DNA from: Methanothrix sp.
GTDB lineage: Archaea > Halobacteriota > Methanosarcinia > Methanotrichales > Methanotrichaceae
Assembly (NCBI GenBank): GCA_963682135.1
Contig: OY821645.1
Span: forward strand, 1,472,001 to 1,536,000
DNA: 64,000 nucleotides
Direction of reading: 5' to 3'
Below the pieces are notes generated by a model. That model had not been told where the DNA came from, made no database searches, and worked only from the letters and a program-made list of their open reading frames with translations. Below are positions 1-9,909 of the stretch, piece by piece (the stretch's first letter is position 1; each line of letters opens with the position of its first letter). Both the position numbers and the translations under genes were made by a program.

Positions 1-91
1 AGTCGTCTCACGTGAGCAAGAATGAATTCCTGATATAAAAGCAGTCTGGATAAGATAAAGACAAATAAGATGAGAGCCCATCCAATAAAAA

Positions 92-787
92 GTGACGAGG
101 TGGGTGGATTTGAACTTGATGAACAGGATACCCACAGGAATTCCAGGTCTGGATAACATGATTGAGGGGGGTCTTCCCAGACCGTCCCTTACCCTTCTAT
201 CGGGCGACGCTGGGGCAGGCAAGACCACATTTTGCACTCAGTTTCTCTGCAAGGGAGCTGATCTAGGTGAGCACTGCCTGTACCTGCTGCCTTTTGGCGG
301 ACCATCTGATCTGCAAATCAATTACGCCACCAGTTATGAATTTGTCAAGAGCGCCTATTTTGGCAAGGAGATCTGCTACCTGGAGCTGGAAGAGATGGTC
401 GAAAAAGCATGCCGATCGAAAGACTTTTTGGACATATTGGAGCGAGAGATGGATACGCTAAAGCCGACTCGAATCGTCATTGAAAACCTCTCCATTCTGG
501 AAGGTGTTCTCAAAGACGAATACTGGCGTTTTCTCCTTAAATTGTCTCATATGATCAAAGCAAAAGCAGTGGTGACACTGGTGGCAGAGGATGCACAGCC
601 GGGCATACCTTATCCTGCGAACATAGCCCAGGTTGCAGATGGAATTATCCTGCTGCAAAATGAAGAGATTAATTTCGCACGGAGAAGGTCCATCGAAATC
701 CTGAAGATGTGCGGCACATCTCATCATTTGGGAAAGCATGCAGTAGATATATCTGTCAAAGGGTTAGTTGTTTATCCGGGTCTGTAA
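92..787 (+). CDS. KaiC/RAD55-like RecA-superfamily ATPase, single domain, degenerate (true start possibly ATG 119)
   Basis: RIPTGIPGLDNMIEGG N-terminus, Walker A GDAGAGKT, ADGIILL and RSIEILKMCG motifs typical of archaeal KaiC family. Confidence 0.85.
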   Translation: MTRWVDLNLMNRIPTGIPGLDNMIEGGLPRPSLTLLSGDAGAGKTTFCTQFLCKGADLGEHCLYLLPFGGPSDLQINYATSYEFVKSAYFGKEICYLELEEMVEKACRSKDFLDILEREMDTLKPTRIVIENLSILEGVLKDEYWRFLLKLSHMIKAKAVVTLVAEDAQPGIPYPANIAQVADGIILLQNEEINFARRRSIEILKMCGTSHHLGKHAVDISVKGLVVYPGL

Positions 788-788
788 T

Positions 789-998
789 ATGACAAAATCC
801 ATGCAGGATCTCCTAGGCCAGAAGGAATTCTGGGTTTTTCTCTTCGTCTTAGGGTGGGTGCTGCTCAACTGGCCATTAATCGAACTGGCTAACGGCTACG
901 CAATATTGGGCATGCCTGCCATACTGGTTTATGTTGCCTCGATTTGGCTATTCTTCATACTGGCTCTGTACCTTTTCGATCGGGGGAATTATGATTGA
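789..998 (+). CDS. Small 2-TM membrane protein, putative accessory subunit of the downstream SSS-fusion protein
   Basis: ATG 789 just after KaiC stop; two hydrophobic helices with WP motif and GMPAILVY; stop overlaps next start. Confidence 0.7.
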   Translation: MTKSMQDLLGQKEFWVFLFVLGWVLLNWPLIELANGYAILGMPAILVYVASIWLFFILALYLFDRGNYD

Positions 999-3900
999 TC
1001 GGACAGCATGTAGCTCTGGTTGTAATGGTCCTTTACCTGCTGCTGCTCTTTGGCATTGCTCGGTATGCTGATCACCAAAAACACCTGGGAAGAAGCATCG
1101 TGGCCAATCCCTATGTTTATGCATTATCTCTATGTGTATATGTTTCGGCATGGACCTTTTACGGCTCTATCGGAAGAGCGGCATCCACGGGCCTCGAGTT
1201 TCTGCCCATCTACCTGGGCCCCGTCCTGGCCATGACTGCCGGCTGGATCATAATCAAAAAGATGATCCGTGTCTCGAAAGAACACCGTCTGACATCCATC
1301 AGCGATTTTATTAGCTTTCGCTATGGGCGAAGCTACACCATAGGCGCTGTGGTGGCTGTGTTGAGCCTTATCATGGTAACGCCTTATGTGGCACTGCAGC
1401 TCATTGCCATCTCCACATCTCTTGATATATTGAGCGGATCGAACCTCATATTTCTGGGCTTTAATGTGGAAAGCAAGTTGGTAGTGGCCGTTCTCCTGGG
1501 AGCATTTGCGGTGATATTCGGAGCCAGACACCTCGATCCCATGGAGCGCCATGAGGGGCTAATTGCGGTGGTGGCCTTTGAATCTCTGGTGAAAATAGTG
1601 GCCTTTCTTCTTGCAGGACTCTATGTCGCTTACGGCATCTTTTCGGGATACGGAAATATTATGAGCGGGATGATCGACCTGGCAGCAAAAAATCCGGGAT
1701 ACGATACACTCATGGATATAGATCCAACGCTCTGGTTCACCTTGACTTTGTCCTCCTTCTTTGCCATCCTATTCTTGCCCAGACAGTTTCATGTCATGGT
1801 GGTAGAAAACTCCGATGAGCTGCATCTCAAGAAGGCCATGTGGCTCTTTCCTCTCTATCTTTTGTTGATCAATTTATTTGTTCCTGCAATCGCCTGGGGT
1901 GGTGTGCTCCTCAATACACCGGGTCTGAAGGATGCCTTCATAATAACCATACCTTATACCATGGGTCAGGACGCTCTCTCGCTTTTCGTGTTCATAGGCG
2001 GCACTTCTGCCGCCACGGCTATGATCCTGATTGAATCGGTTGCCGTGGGTACCATGCTGCTCAACGATTTGGAGATGCCTTATATTTTGGGCCATATTAA
2101 GAAGGATAGAAATCTGGCCAATACGCTTCTCAATACGAGACGGGTGAATATACTTCTGGTCGTGCTCTTAGGATACCTGTATTCGCGCGCTGTAGCTTAC
2201 CAGACACTGGGAGATATTGGTGTCGTCTCTTTTCTGGCGGCCAGCCAGTTAGCGCCCGCCGCGTTGGGCGGACTGTACTGGAAGACCGGCAACCGAAAAG
2301 GGGCCATGGCGGGCCTGGCGTCAGGCTTCTTGCTTTGGGCCTACACCGCCCTCATTCCCACAGTTGCGAAAGGTAATGCATGGCTGGGTGATTGGGTCAG
2401 AGATGGGCCTCTGGACATGTCCCTCCTCAGGCCTACCAATCTTTTGGGGCTTGATCTGGATATCTGGACAAACTCCGTATTCTGGACCCTTCTCGTCAAC
2501 TGCAGCCTGTATGTTCTCGTATCTTTGGCAAGCAAACCCAGTTCGGATGAAGAGAGCACCGCTGATTGCTTCGTGGATGCTTACCAGCAAGGGAGAACCT
2601 CCCACTTTCTGGATAAGGGAACGATACACCAGGGAACGGTTGATGAGCTGGAGGCAACTCTGGCGCACTATATTGGTGAGACGCCGGCCAGGAGAGAGGT
2701 CGATGCCTACCTTGAACGTCTGGGCACCAGCCGGGAGAAGATTGAGTCAGACCAGCTTCGGCAGTTGTGGGACCAATTTGAGAAGACGCTTACCGGTTCG
2801 GTGGGACCTTCGGCTACCAGGATGATTGTGGAAGATCATGTGACGGTGAAACCGGTTATGGAAGCGGCCAAGGAAACCCTTCCTGCATACGATCTGGCGC
2901 GTGGAAAGATCTATGTCGTGCCTGAGATTGCCTATGCGGTCTTCACCGATCAGATCACTCACGGCGTAGAAGGACTATGCATCACGCATGATCCCCCGGA
3001 GGATGTGAGGCAACGCTGGGGATTTATTGAGACACCCATCATAAAACTCTCCGACGAAAAAGGAAGCGATCGCTACATATCTCCCAGAAATCTGCCCCTC
3101 CTATTTGTGACTATAAAGTCATTCGTTGAGTCCAGCAAGAACAGCATCGTTCTAATAGACAGCATTGAGAAGCTCATCAAAGAAAATGAAGGCAAAATTC
3201 CGCAAAGGGAGATACTCGACTACGTCTACCAAATGGAGCTTTTGGCCCATAAATCGCATTTTATACTGGCGGAAGACCCAGATTTTGTCCATGCGGAAAT
3301 GACCTCAAGCATAAATGAGGTAAATGAGCTGCTTTTCTCGTTAGGTCCCCTTTCCAGCTATCTCTTCCAAGCCTTCTCCGATACCATGCTCTCCAGGCTC
3401 AACGATGATGCAAGAAGAGAGGCAGTTATGCAGGCCAATGAGCAAATAGCCTCAGGGCAATTCTTTGAGACAAGCAATCAAACAAAGCCGCTCTCTGATG
3501 ATTCAGTTAGCGCCTGCGAGCCGGATATGAAAGACGCCCTGCATTCCGGTATGTCTCTTAGTATCCGCCCAGATCTGGTGCTAACAAGACGCAGTTTCTT
3601 TGTGGCCGTGAGAAGGCTGGGTAGGATAATCAAAACATATGATCCTGCCTTCGACATCGTCGCGGCATTGGCAGAGCTCATGAAGAGTTATGGACGAAGT
3701 CCCTATGAGATCGCTCTTATTCCTGGGACCACTTATATTATTGCCGAAGAAAAGCCGCAAAAGAGCCTGGAGTTATTCAGCGAGTTAGTGAGGCACGGCA
3801 TGGATGGGCTGTGCTTGAGCCGCTATAATCCAGCAACCCTTAATGAAAGGTACAATGTGCCTGCAGATACGGTCATATGGTTGACGCAAAAGAGCGAGCC

Positions 3901-4174
3901 AGGATATAGAACTGTGGACCCGACTAACTTCCCCCGGCTCTCCAGTATGATCTCCGATTTTCTGGGAAGGGCCAACTATCCCATTATCTTACTGGAAGGG
4001 ATGGGATATCTCATCACCCAGAGCAACTACGAGACTGTGCTCCGGTTTGTTCAATCTCAGAGAGATGAGATCGCCCTAAAGAACGCTATAATGCTGGTAC
4101 ATATCGATCCACTCTCTCTGGACACAAAGGAGCTGCATCGTTTGGGAAGCGAAATGGAGACTTTTAAGGCATGA
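995..4174 (+). CDS. Sodium:solute symporter (SLC5, CrbS-like)-STAC-DUF835-DUF835 fusion sensor protein
   Basis: YALSLCVYVSAWTFYGSIG, LPRQFHVMVVEN and ASQLAPA motifs of CrbS-type SLC5; STAC-like EKTLTGSVGPSATRMIV; two GLC(I/L)(T/S)..P...(K/W)L(S/T) DUF835-like repeats. Confidence 0.85.
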   Translation: MIGQHVALVVMVLYLLLLFGIARYADHQKHLGRSIVANPYVYALSLCVYVSAWTFYGSIGRAASTGLEFLPIYLGPVLAMTAGWIIIKKMIRVSKEHRLTSISDFISFRYGRSYTIGAVVAVLSLIMVTPYVALQLIAISTSLDILSGSNLIFLGFNVESKLVVAVLLGAFAVIFGARHLDPMERHEGLIAVVAFESLVKIVAFLLAGLYVAYGIFSGYGNIMSGMIDLAAKNPGYDTLMDIDPTLWFTLTLSSFFAILFLPRQFHVMVVENSDELHLKKAMWLFPLYLLLINLFVPAIAWGGVLLNTPGLKDAFIITIPYTMGQDALSLFVFIGGTSAATAMILIESVAVGTMLLNDLEMPYILGHIKKDRNLANTLLNTRRVNILLVVLLGYLYSRAVAYQTLGDIGVVSFLAASQLAPAALGGLYWKTGNRKGAMAGLASGFLLWAYTALIPTVAKGNAWLGDWVRDGPLDMSLLRPTNLLGLDLDIWTNSVFWTLLVNCSLYVLVSLASKPSSDEESTADCFVDAYQQGRTSHFLDKGTIHQGTVDELEATLAHYIGETPARREVDAYLERLGTSREKIESDQLRQLWDQFEKTLTGSVGPSATRMIVEDHVTVKPVMEAAKETLPAYDLARGKIYVVPEIAYAVFTDQITHGVEGLCITHDPPEDVRQRWGFIETPIIKLSDEKGSDRYISPRNLPLLFVTIKSFVESSKNSIVLIDSIEKLIKENEGKIPQREILDYVYQMELLAHKSHFILAEDPDFVHAEMTSSINEVNELLFSLGPLSSYLFQAFSDTMLSRLNDDARREAVMQANEQIASGQFFETSNQTKPLSDDSVSACEPDMKDALHSGMSLSIRPDLVLTRRSFFVAVRRLGRIIKTYDPAFDIVAALAELMKSYGRSPYEIALIPGTTYIIAEEKPQKSLELFSELVRHGMDGLCLSRYNPATLNERYNVPADTVIWLTQKSEPGYRTVDPTNFPRLSSMISDFLGRANYPIILLEGMGYLITQSNYETVLRFVQSQRDEIALKNAIMLVHIDPLSLDTKELHRLGSEMETFKA

Positions 4175-4218
4175 TTTGGAAAAAGCCTTTTAATAGTTAG
4201 CGATTATAATTCGATGTC

Positions 4219-4461
4219 ATGTACGATGCAGGACTTATATTATTATTTGTAGTCATAGTCTTTGGCACATTCTTGATCCTGAGATCCATCAAGAATTTCG
4301 TGCTTAATGCCATAATGGGGTTGGTAATTCTTATTCTGGCAAATGCCGTGGCCGGTCTTGGAATTGGTTATAGCTGGCTGGTGATCTTGATCTGCGGCAT
4401 AGGTGGAGTCCTGGGTGCATTCCTGGTGATATTGCTTCATTTTCTGGGATTTGGGATTTAG
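4219..4461 (+). CDS. BofA-family (pro-sigmaK processing inhibitor-like) small membrane protein
   Basis: NAIMGLVILILAN...GIGGVLG pattern; 3 TM segments. Confidence 0.7.
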   Translation: MYDAGLILLFVVIVFGTFLILRSIKNFVLNAIMGLVILILANAVAGLGIGYSWLVILICGIGGVLGAFLVILLHFLGFGI

Positions 4462-4715
4462 AGAGAATCCAATTTTTCATTTACTGTTGAATTTATATCA
4501 TTAATATTTTGCAGCAGCTCATATCCGGAAGACGTTGTCTTATATAGCCGTTCTTCTTTGACAAGATAACCGTGCGAAGTCAACCATTCGAGGTACTGTC
4601 CTGCATTTTTGAAATTAAGGTTTACCTGGTAGACTATTTTGGTCTTACTTGATCCTTCTGTTTTGCATATATTGAGAATACCGCCAAGTATCTCTATCTT
4701 GTTTCTGCGCGTCAT
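4458..4715 (-). CDS. Archaeal winged-helix transcription regulator (HTH_45 type)
   Basis: RRNKIEI..IL...KTKIVYQVNLNF...YL...Y.TT..G pattern. Confidence 0.85.
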   Translation of the reverse strand: MTRRNKIEILGGILNICKTEGSSKTKIVYQVNLNFKNAGQYLEWLTSHGYLVKEERLYKTTSSGYELLQNINDINSTVNEKLDSL

Positions 4716-4887
4716 CTCCTAATTTCCCCTCTTTAGTCGGCCTCCATACACCTTATTATATTAGATACTGATAAAACTTTCGTAACTTTGATATTAGGTA
4801 TTTTTGGTTCTGAATCAATATAGATATATAAATTATACAGTATGTTTACTGCAATGCATGTGGCAGGTCTGCTGCACTGAAAAAGAG

Positions 4888-5343
4888 TTAATTCGACACA
4901 CGGGATGAAATGGCTTTATCCAGTTCGTCTGCATCCATTCGTAGAAGTTCATCTCCTTGGCTCTTAAGTCTTGCCAGATCCCTGCGTAAGGGTCCCAAAC
5001 GCAGGACTGCATCCGGTTCCCCTGTCGAGGAGACCATCTGCTGCAACCTCTCCAGCCTCAGCCTCATTGCATCCTGCCCATTTAGCAATTCCGACAGATC
5101 TCGCAGGGCCTTTACAACGTTTTTGCCGCGTGCCGTTAGCTCCAGGTAATTGATCCTTCCTTCTGGTCGCGACTTGATCAAACCCTGCGCTTCCAGCTCA
5201 CGAAAAATGCTACAGGTATGAGGAAAGGTAGAATCGATACGCTTAGCGACCAGCGCCGCATAAGCATGCTCGGTCTCGTCCACAGCAATTAATGCTGAAA
5301 CGGGCTTTTCCCGGAGGAAAAGCCGCTCTAGTGGTTTCTGCAT
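4888..5343 (-). CDS. MarR-like winged-helix regulator with C-terminal helical extension
   Basis: LFLREKP...IDSTFPH...LEAQGLI...GRINYLELTARG. Confidence 0.75.
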   Translation of the reverse strand: MQKPLERLFLREKPVSALIAVDETEHAYAALVAKRIDSTFPHTCSIFRELEAQGLIKSRPEGRINYLELTARGKNVVKALRDLSELLNGQDAMRLRLERLQQMVSSTGEPDAVLRLGPLRRDLARLKSQGDELLRMDADELDKAISSRVSN

Positions 5344-5366
5344 TATTTCTCAGACTTTTTCAGTTC

Positions 5367-6344
5367 TCAGGCATCCGCTTGCATTTGGATCTGAGTAGGT
5401 GTTATGACAGGGGCAGAAAGGGCCAGCTTTGGCAAAGTTATGTCTGTAGGCTTGTCAAAGTCATAATACAGATCATCCGTCACTATGCTCACCGATATTT
5501 CTCCCAGTCGGATAGACTGATTGAACATCTTCATCTGGCTTGTACTGGGATCCAGTCCACCTATGATCTCCGGTGTCATGGAAAAGCTCATGGTGCTCAG
5601 GTATTTCACAGGCAGGTAAGATTTCTTGGAGATCCAAATCGTCTTTTCTATCTTGCCAGTCTCATTCAGCTCGGTTCTGTTGACCGAGGGCAAGTACATG
5701 GGATACTGGGTAACCTTGGCAGCAATGGCAAAAGCGGCATTTTGTAGACTGATGTTATCCCCGCTACCGGTTACAATCTTCAATTTGTAGGCGTCTTCGC
5801 CACTGATAGCCTCCGAGCCGAGATCCTCGGTCGTTGACAGATTAAACGTCGCGGCTATGGCCTTTACCTGATTATTTTTATCAGGGCCCCAAACTTCTTG
5901 CATGGACCTGGGGTCCGCAAGATGTGTCCAATTGCCGCTCTCATCATATACATAGGTTGAATTTCCGATCTGATATACATTGGCACTTGTGGTGCTGGTG
6001 TTTGCCGGCTGGCCGGTCATCTCCATCTGGTTCTGAGTCGAACCGGTGGCATGAGCCTCTAAGCTCGACAGGTTTACAACGGCAACAGTCTCAGCGTTTT
6101 CCGTAATTGTAGTTGACTTATCAGCAGTTGCATTGCTTCCTGAATCAAGCTTTAGCGTCTGAGTCATTGAACTCTTGATGCTGTAGCTGGTCAGGTTTTC
6201 GGCTGCTGCAACAGACAGTGTCTTAAGCTCAGTTGCACTCTTATCGGCAACACTTGGACCTTTCTCCGTGCAGCCGGAGAACGCCACGACAATTAACACA
6301 AGGACTAGTAATAATCTCTTCATATTTTTCAGCTCCAATCTCAA
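5367..6344 (-). CDS. Putative lipoprotein (LppX/LolA-like, DUF6612-like), probably N-glycosylated
   Basis: Signal MKRLLLVLVLIVVAFSGC with lipobox; WISKKSYLPVK and YYDFDKP..I.LP motifs; many N-x-S/T sequons. Confidence 0.7.
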   Translation of the reverse strand: MRLELKNMKRLLLVLVLIVVAFSGCTEKGPSVADKSATELKTLSVAAAENLTSYSIKSSMTQTLKLDSGSNATADKSTTITENAETVAVVNLSSLEAHATGSTQNQMEMTGQPANTSTTSANVYQIGNSTYVYDESGNWTHLADPRSMQEVWGPDKNNQVKAIAATFNLSTTEDLGSEAISGEDAYKLKIVTGSGDNISLQNAAFAIAAKVTQYPMYLPSVNRTELNETGKIEKTIWISKKSYLPVKYLSTMSFSMTPEIIGGLDPSTSQMKMFNQSIRLGEISVSIVTDDLYYDFDKPTDITLPKLALSAPVITPTQIQMQADA

Positions 6345-6348
6345 TCAA

Positions 6349-7284
6349 TCACGTAATCACGCCTGAATCTTGCTTGGCGGGCAAAAACTTTTCGCCTGTA
6401 ATCATCTCGAAGAGTTTGATATAGATTCTGCTTGTCTCTTGCACCACTTCCAGTGGCAGCGTTGGGATGGGAGGCTCACTTTGGCCGGCGTCTCGGGCCA
6501 CATAAAGCTGGTCTTTGTAGCCAGTCCGGCGATAGTACTGGCGCACATACTCCTTGGACAGGTCCACGAACTCGCCCTGCTCATAGCGGGCCTTGTCCCA
6601 GAAGCGGTCCTCATCTGCGGTTCCGTAGACATCGATCACCATGATCTGTCTCTCATCGTCAAAGGCCAGCTCCTTTTTGCCATCCACGTGAATCAGACCA
6701 CGCGAGGCAACGTTTCTGCCGATGTCTTCGTCGATCTTGAGCACCAACTCTCTGGCATCCTCATATTCTTGAGGTGTCAGGCCTGAGATCTGCAGTGCTT
6801 CCTCTTTTTTCAGCAATCTGTCCGTCTTCTCCAGCTTTGTGGAGACCTCGATGAAAGGCTCGGGCAGAGCCTCGCCTGAGTAAATCTTGTGCCCGGAGGC
6901 AAAGCCCAGATCCTTAGCCAGGACCTTGCCTTCTTTTACGCGGTCGTAGAGAGAGCCGGCCACAAACCAGCGGCAGATCCACTCCAGAGGTATGAGGTAG
7001 TTCCTGGAATTTGCGGTGATCTGCTGCGGCTGGATTATGTCCACCTTCTTGCAGATCATGCCTGCCGGAGGCAGGTACTCGATAAAGTGGGTCTTGATGC
7101 CCATCTTCTCGGCTCTCTTGAACCAGTACATGCCCTCTTTGCTGAGGGTCTCACCCTTGAAGGGAATCAGACTGGGAATGATCTTATCAAAGACGGAGAT
7201 GTTGTCTGTAAAGCGGAATTCCAGCCGGTCGCCAAGGTCGTAGGCCTCTTTGACCTTGCCCTTCATCAAAAGCTTGCGCTGCAT
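6349..7284 (-). CDS. purC: SAICAR synthetase
   Basis: GKVKEAY, FTDNISVFD, IPLEWICR, VDGKKE, DEDRFW, LSKEYVRQY. Confidence 0.95.
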   Translation of the reverse strand: MQRKLLMKGKVKEAYDLGDRLEFRFTDNISVFDKIIPSLIPFKGETLSKEGMYWFKRAEKMGIKTHFIEYLPPAGMICKKVDIIQPQQITANSRNYLIPLEWICRWFVAGSLYDRVKEGKVLAKDLGFASGHKIYSGEALPEPFIEVSTKLEKTDRLLKKEEALQISGLTPQEYEDARELVLKIDEDIGRNVASRGLIHVDGKKELAFDDERQIMVIDVYGTADEDRFWDKARYEQGEFVDLSKEYVRQYYRRTGYKDQLYVARDAGQSEPPIPTLPLEVVQETSRIYIKLFEMITGEKFLPAKQDSGVIT

Positions 7285-7411
7285 CGCAGCCTATCTGACA
7301 TGGAAAGATGATAACACTTTTGCTTTTAGTACCAGCCAACGAAAGTGTGCCCGCAATTCGGCCTGCAATGTGGGTGATAGGAAAAATGATGATAAAGAGG
7401 TTAAGAGAGGT

Positions 7412-9061
7412 CTATTCCTCTCCGCCCATACCGCCCATACCAGGTGGCATTCCACCCATGCCGCCGGGCATGCCGCCCGCTCCGCCTGACTTGGAAGCGA
7501 TGACATCATCGATACGCAGAATCATGACTGCAGCCTCGGTGGCACTGTTGATGGCCTGGGTCTTGACCCGCAGGGGTTCGACCACGCCAAGGGCTAGCAT
7601 ATCAACCGGCTCGCCGGTGTCCATATCCAGACCAGCGCTCTTAACGCCCTTCTCATGCTGGCTTCTCAGAGAGACCAGGGAATCGATCTGATCAAGGCCA
7701 GCGTTCTCGGCCAGGGTCTTGGGGATTACCTCCATAGAGTCCGCGAAGGCCTCGATGGACAGCTGCTCGCGACCGCCCACGGTTGCCGCGTACTCGCGCA
7801 GACGCAGCGCCAGCTCTACCTCAGGGGCACCGCCGCCTGGGACCAGCTGTTTGTCCTCCACGACTACGCCCACAACGCGCAGAGCATCTTCCATAGCCCG
7901 GTTGAGTTCATCGACCACGTGCTCGGTTCCGCCCCGCAGGATGATGGAGACTGACTTGGGGTTCTCGCACTCTTCTACGAAGGTCATCTTCTCGTCGCCG
8001 ATCTTTCTCTCCTCGACCTTGCCTGCTTTGCCCAGGTCGTTCTTGGTCAGATCGTGGATGCTGGTGACAACCCTTCCGCTCGTAGCGCGAGCGAGCTTCT
8101 CCATGTCGCTCTTCTTGACACGGCGTACGGTGTAGATGCCGGCCTTTGCCAGGAAGTGCTGGGCCAGGTCATCAATGCCCTTCTGGCAGAAGACGACGTT
8201 TGCGCCGGTGGCCATGATGTCATCCACCATGCCCTTGAGCATTGTCTCTTCCTGGTCCAGGAAAGCCTGCAGCTGATCGGGAGAGGTGATCTCGATCTTG
8301 GCATCGACTTCAGTCTTCTCGATCTCGATGGCAGCGTTGAGCAGTGCGATCCTGGCGCCGGTGACCTTCTTGGGCATATTGGGGTGCAGCCGGTCCTTGT
8401 CGATGACCATGCCGTGCACCAGCTGGGAATCGGTAATTCCGCCGCCTACTTTCTTCTCCACGGTGATGTTGTCGGTATCAACTGATCCGTCATCATCCAC
8501 CACGGCCCGGACGGCTTCAACGGCCAGATTGGCCAGCTCTTCTCGAGCTGTGCCGGAGCCCTTGCCGGTCATGGCAGTGACGGCGATCTTCTTTAGAAAC
8601 TCGGCATCTTTAACAGAGACATCCACGGCAATGGTCCTCAGAATTTCCAGTGACTTGTCTGCCGCAGCCCTGTAGCCGGCAGCGATAACCGTGGGATGGA
8701 TATCCTGATCCAGCAGAGCCTCGGCCTGCTTGAGCAGTTCACCGGCGAGAACCACAGCGGTGGTTGTTCCATCTCCCACCTCGGCATCCTGGGTCTTGGC
8801 GATCTCCACCATCATCTTGGCGGCGGGGTGTTCGATGTCCATCTCCTTGAGAATGGTGACACCATCGTTGGTTATTACTACGTCGCCTAGAGTATCGACC
8901 AGCATCTTGTCCATGCCCTTGGGACCGAGTGTAGTTCTGACGGCTCCTGCCACAGCCTTGGCGGCCATGATGTTCGACCTCTGTGCTTCCTTGCCAGCCG
9001 TTCTCTGGCTGCCTTCCTTAAGAATAAGCACTTGCGCTCCACCAAATTGTCCTGCTGCCAT
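7412..9061 (-). CDS. Thermosome (group II chaperonin) subunit
   Basis: [31 protein letters not shown]-terminal GGM repeats; GGAGGT RBS upstream. Confidence 0.97.
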   Translation of the reverse strand: MAAGQFGGAQVLILKEGSQRTAGKEAQRSNIMAAKAVAGAVRTTLGPKGMDKMLVDTLGDVVITNDGVTILKEMDIEHPAAKMMVEIAKTQDAEVGDGTTTAVVLAGELLKQAEALLDQDIHPTVIAAGYRAAADKSLEILRTIAVDVSVKDAEFLKKIAVTAMTGKGSGTAREELANLAVEAVRAVVDDDGSVDTDNITVEKKVGGGITDSQLVHGMVIDKDRLHPNMPKKVTGARIALLNAAIEIEKTEVDAKIEITSPDQLQAFLDQEETMLKGMVDDIMATGANVVFCQKGIDDLAQHFLAKAGIYTVRRVKKSDMEKLARATSGRVVTSIHDLTKNDLGKAGKVEERKIGDEKMTFVEECENPKSVSIILRGGTEHVVDELNRAMEDALRVVGVVVEDKQLVPGGGAPEVELALRLREYAATVGGREQLSIEAFADSMEVIPKTLAENAGLDQIDSLVSLRSQHEKGVKSAGLDMDTGEPVDMLALGVVEPLRVKTQAINSATEAAVMILRIDDVIASKSGGAGGMPGGMGGMPPGMGGMGGEE

Positions 9062-9215
9062 TTAATACCTCCAATAGCGATTTAGATCAAAGTGTGATAT
9101 CGGGTGTTTGAACGTCTATATGAAGGTGGCGAGTGGAGGTTCTGTTTTGTGGCGGCTGACGGGTGATATCAGTATCATGCGACGGTCACAAATGTCGCAC
9201 TTTTCGCTGATATTC

Positions 9216-9239
9216 CCTGCGAAAAAAAGTTCTCAGGGC
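9216..9239 (-). terminator. Hairpin with T-tract downstream of the 9276 gene
   Basis: ccctgcgaa...ttctcaggg imperfect inverted repeat around an A run (T run on minus strand). Confidence 0.35.
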
Positions 9240-9275
9240 AATTAGTCTTTCGGGCTCTTATCCGCTTCAGGGCTT

Positions 9276-9881
9276 TTATCCGTCCCTGGTATTCTGTTGA
9301 TATTTTGTGCCTAGTATGCCCTCAGAGCCTGGCGGTGTTACTATATAAAAATTAATAATCGTATTTGCATGTTCGTTTCCATCTTTAATATAAACTAACT
9401 TTACACTATACGCACCTGGCTTCCAGGTTAACTGCTTGCATTGAGCGGGACTGGCCGGGCCATTGGTAGATTTACAAATTTGATCAGGAAGCAAATCGAT
9501 AAAGTACTGGCAATCGCTCGAGGTATCATAAACCGAAGCGATGTGGACACCAGGACCATCGGCAGGAACGAAGAGCGTTTCAAGCTTAAAATTGCCACCA
9601 TCCAACAGGCAGATCGGGCTTCCTAATTGGGTAATACTAAGGGTGAAGCTCAATGGTTTGGAATTTTCGGCAAATGCGCCGTCGCCGGCAGGATCAATAT
9701 TATAGGGGTACATCACAATGTTTTCCCCTTGATGAGTTTGCTGTTCAGACTCGGTAAGAACTTCGCCAGGCATCGGCTGTCGGCTCACAACGCAACCTAT
9801 CCGTAATTGACATTATCTGGTATAGACCAACACCAGAAAAAGAAAGCACATGGCAATGGCACTTGCCGCAGCCAAAGTCAT
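9276..9881 (-). pseudogene. Hypothetical secreted beta-sandwich-like protein, apparently interrupted by in-frame TAA at 9813-9815 (ORF track shows only 9276..9788)
   Basis: ATG 9881 reads MTLAAASAIAMCFLFLVLVYTR*CQLRIGCVVSRQP..., in frame with the 170-aa ORF. Confidence 0.45.
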
Positions 9882-9909
9882 GCCATCACGGGATTTTCGG
9901 GAAGGAAGT

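Noticed and set aside
7415-7490. Short repeats ccgcccata
   Set aside because: They encode the normal GGM tail of the thermosome
9178-9199. TGCGAC-N10-GTCGCA inverted repeat upstream of the thermosome gene
   Set aside because: Only 6-bp arms, no second copy seen; cannot be distinguished from chance
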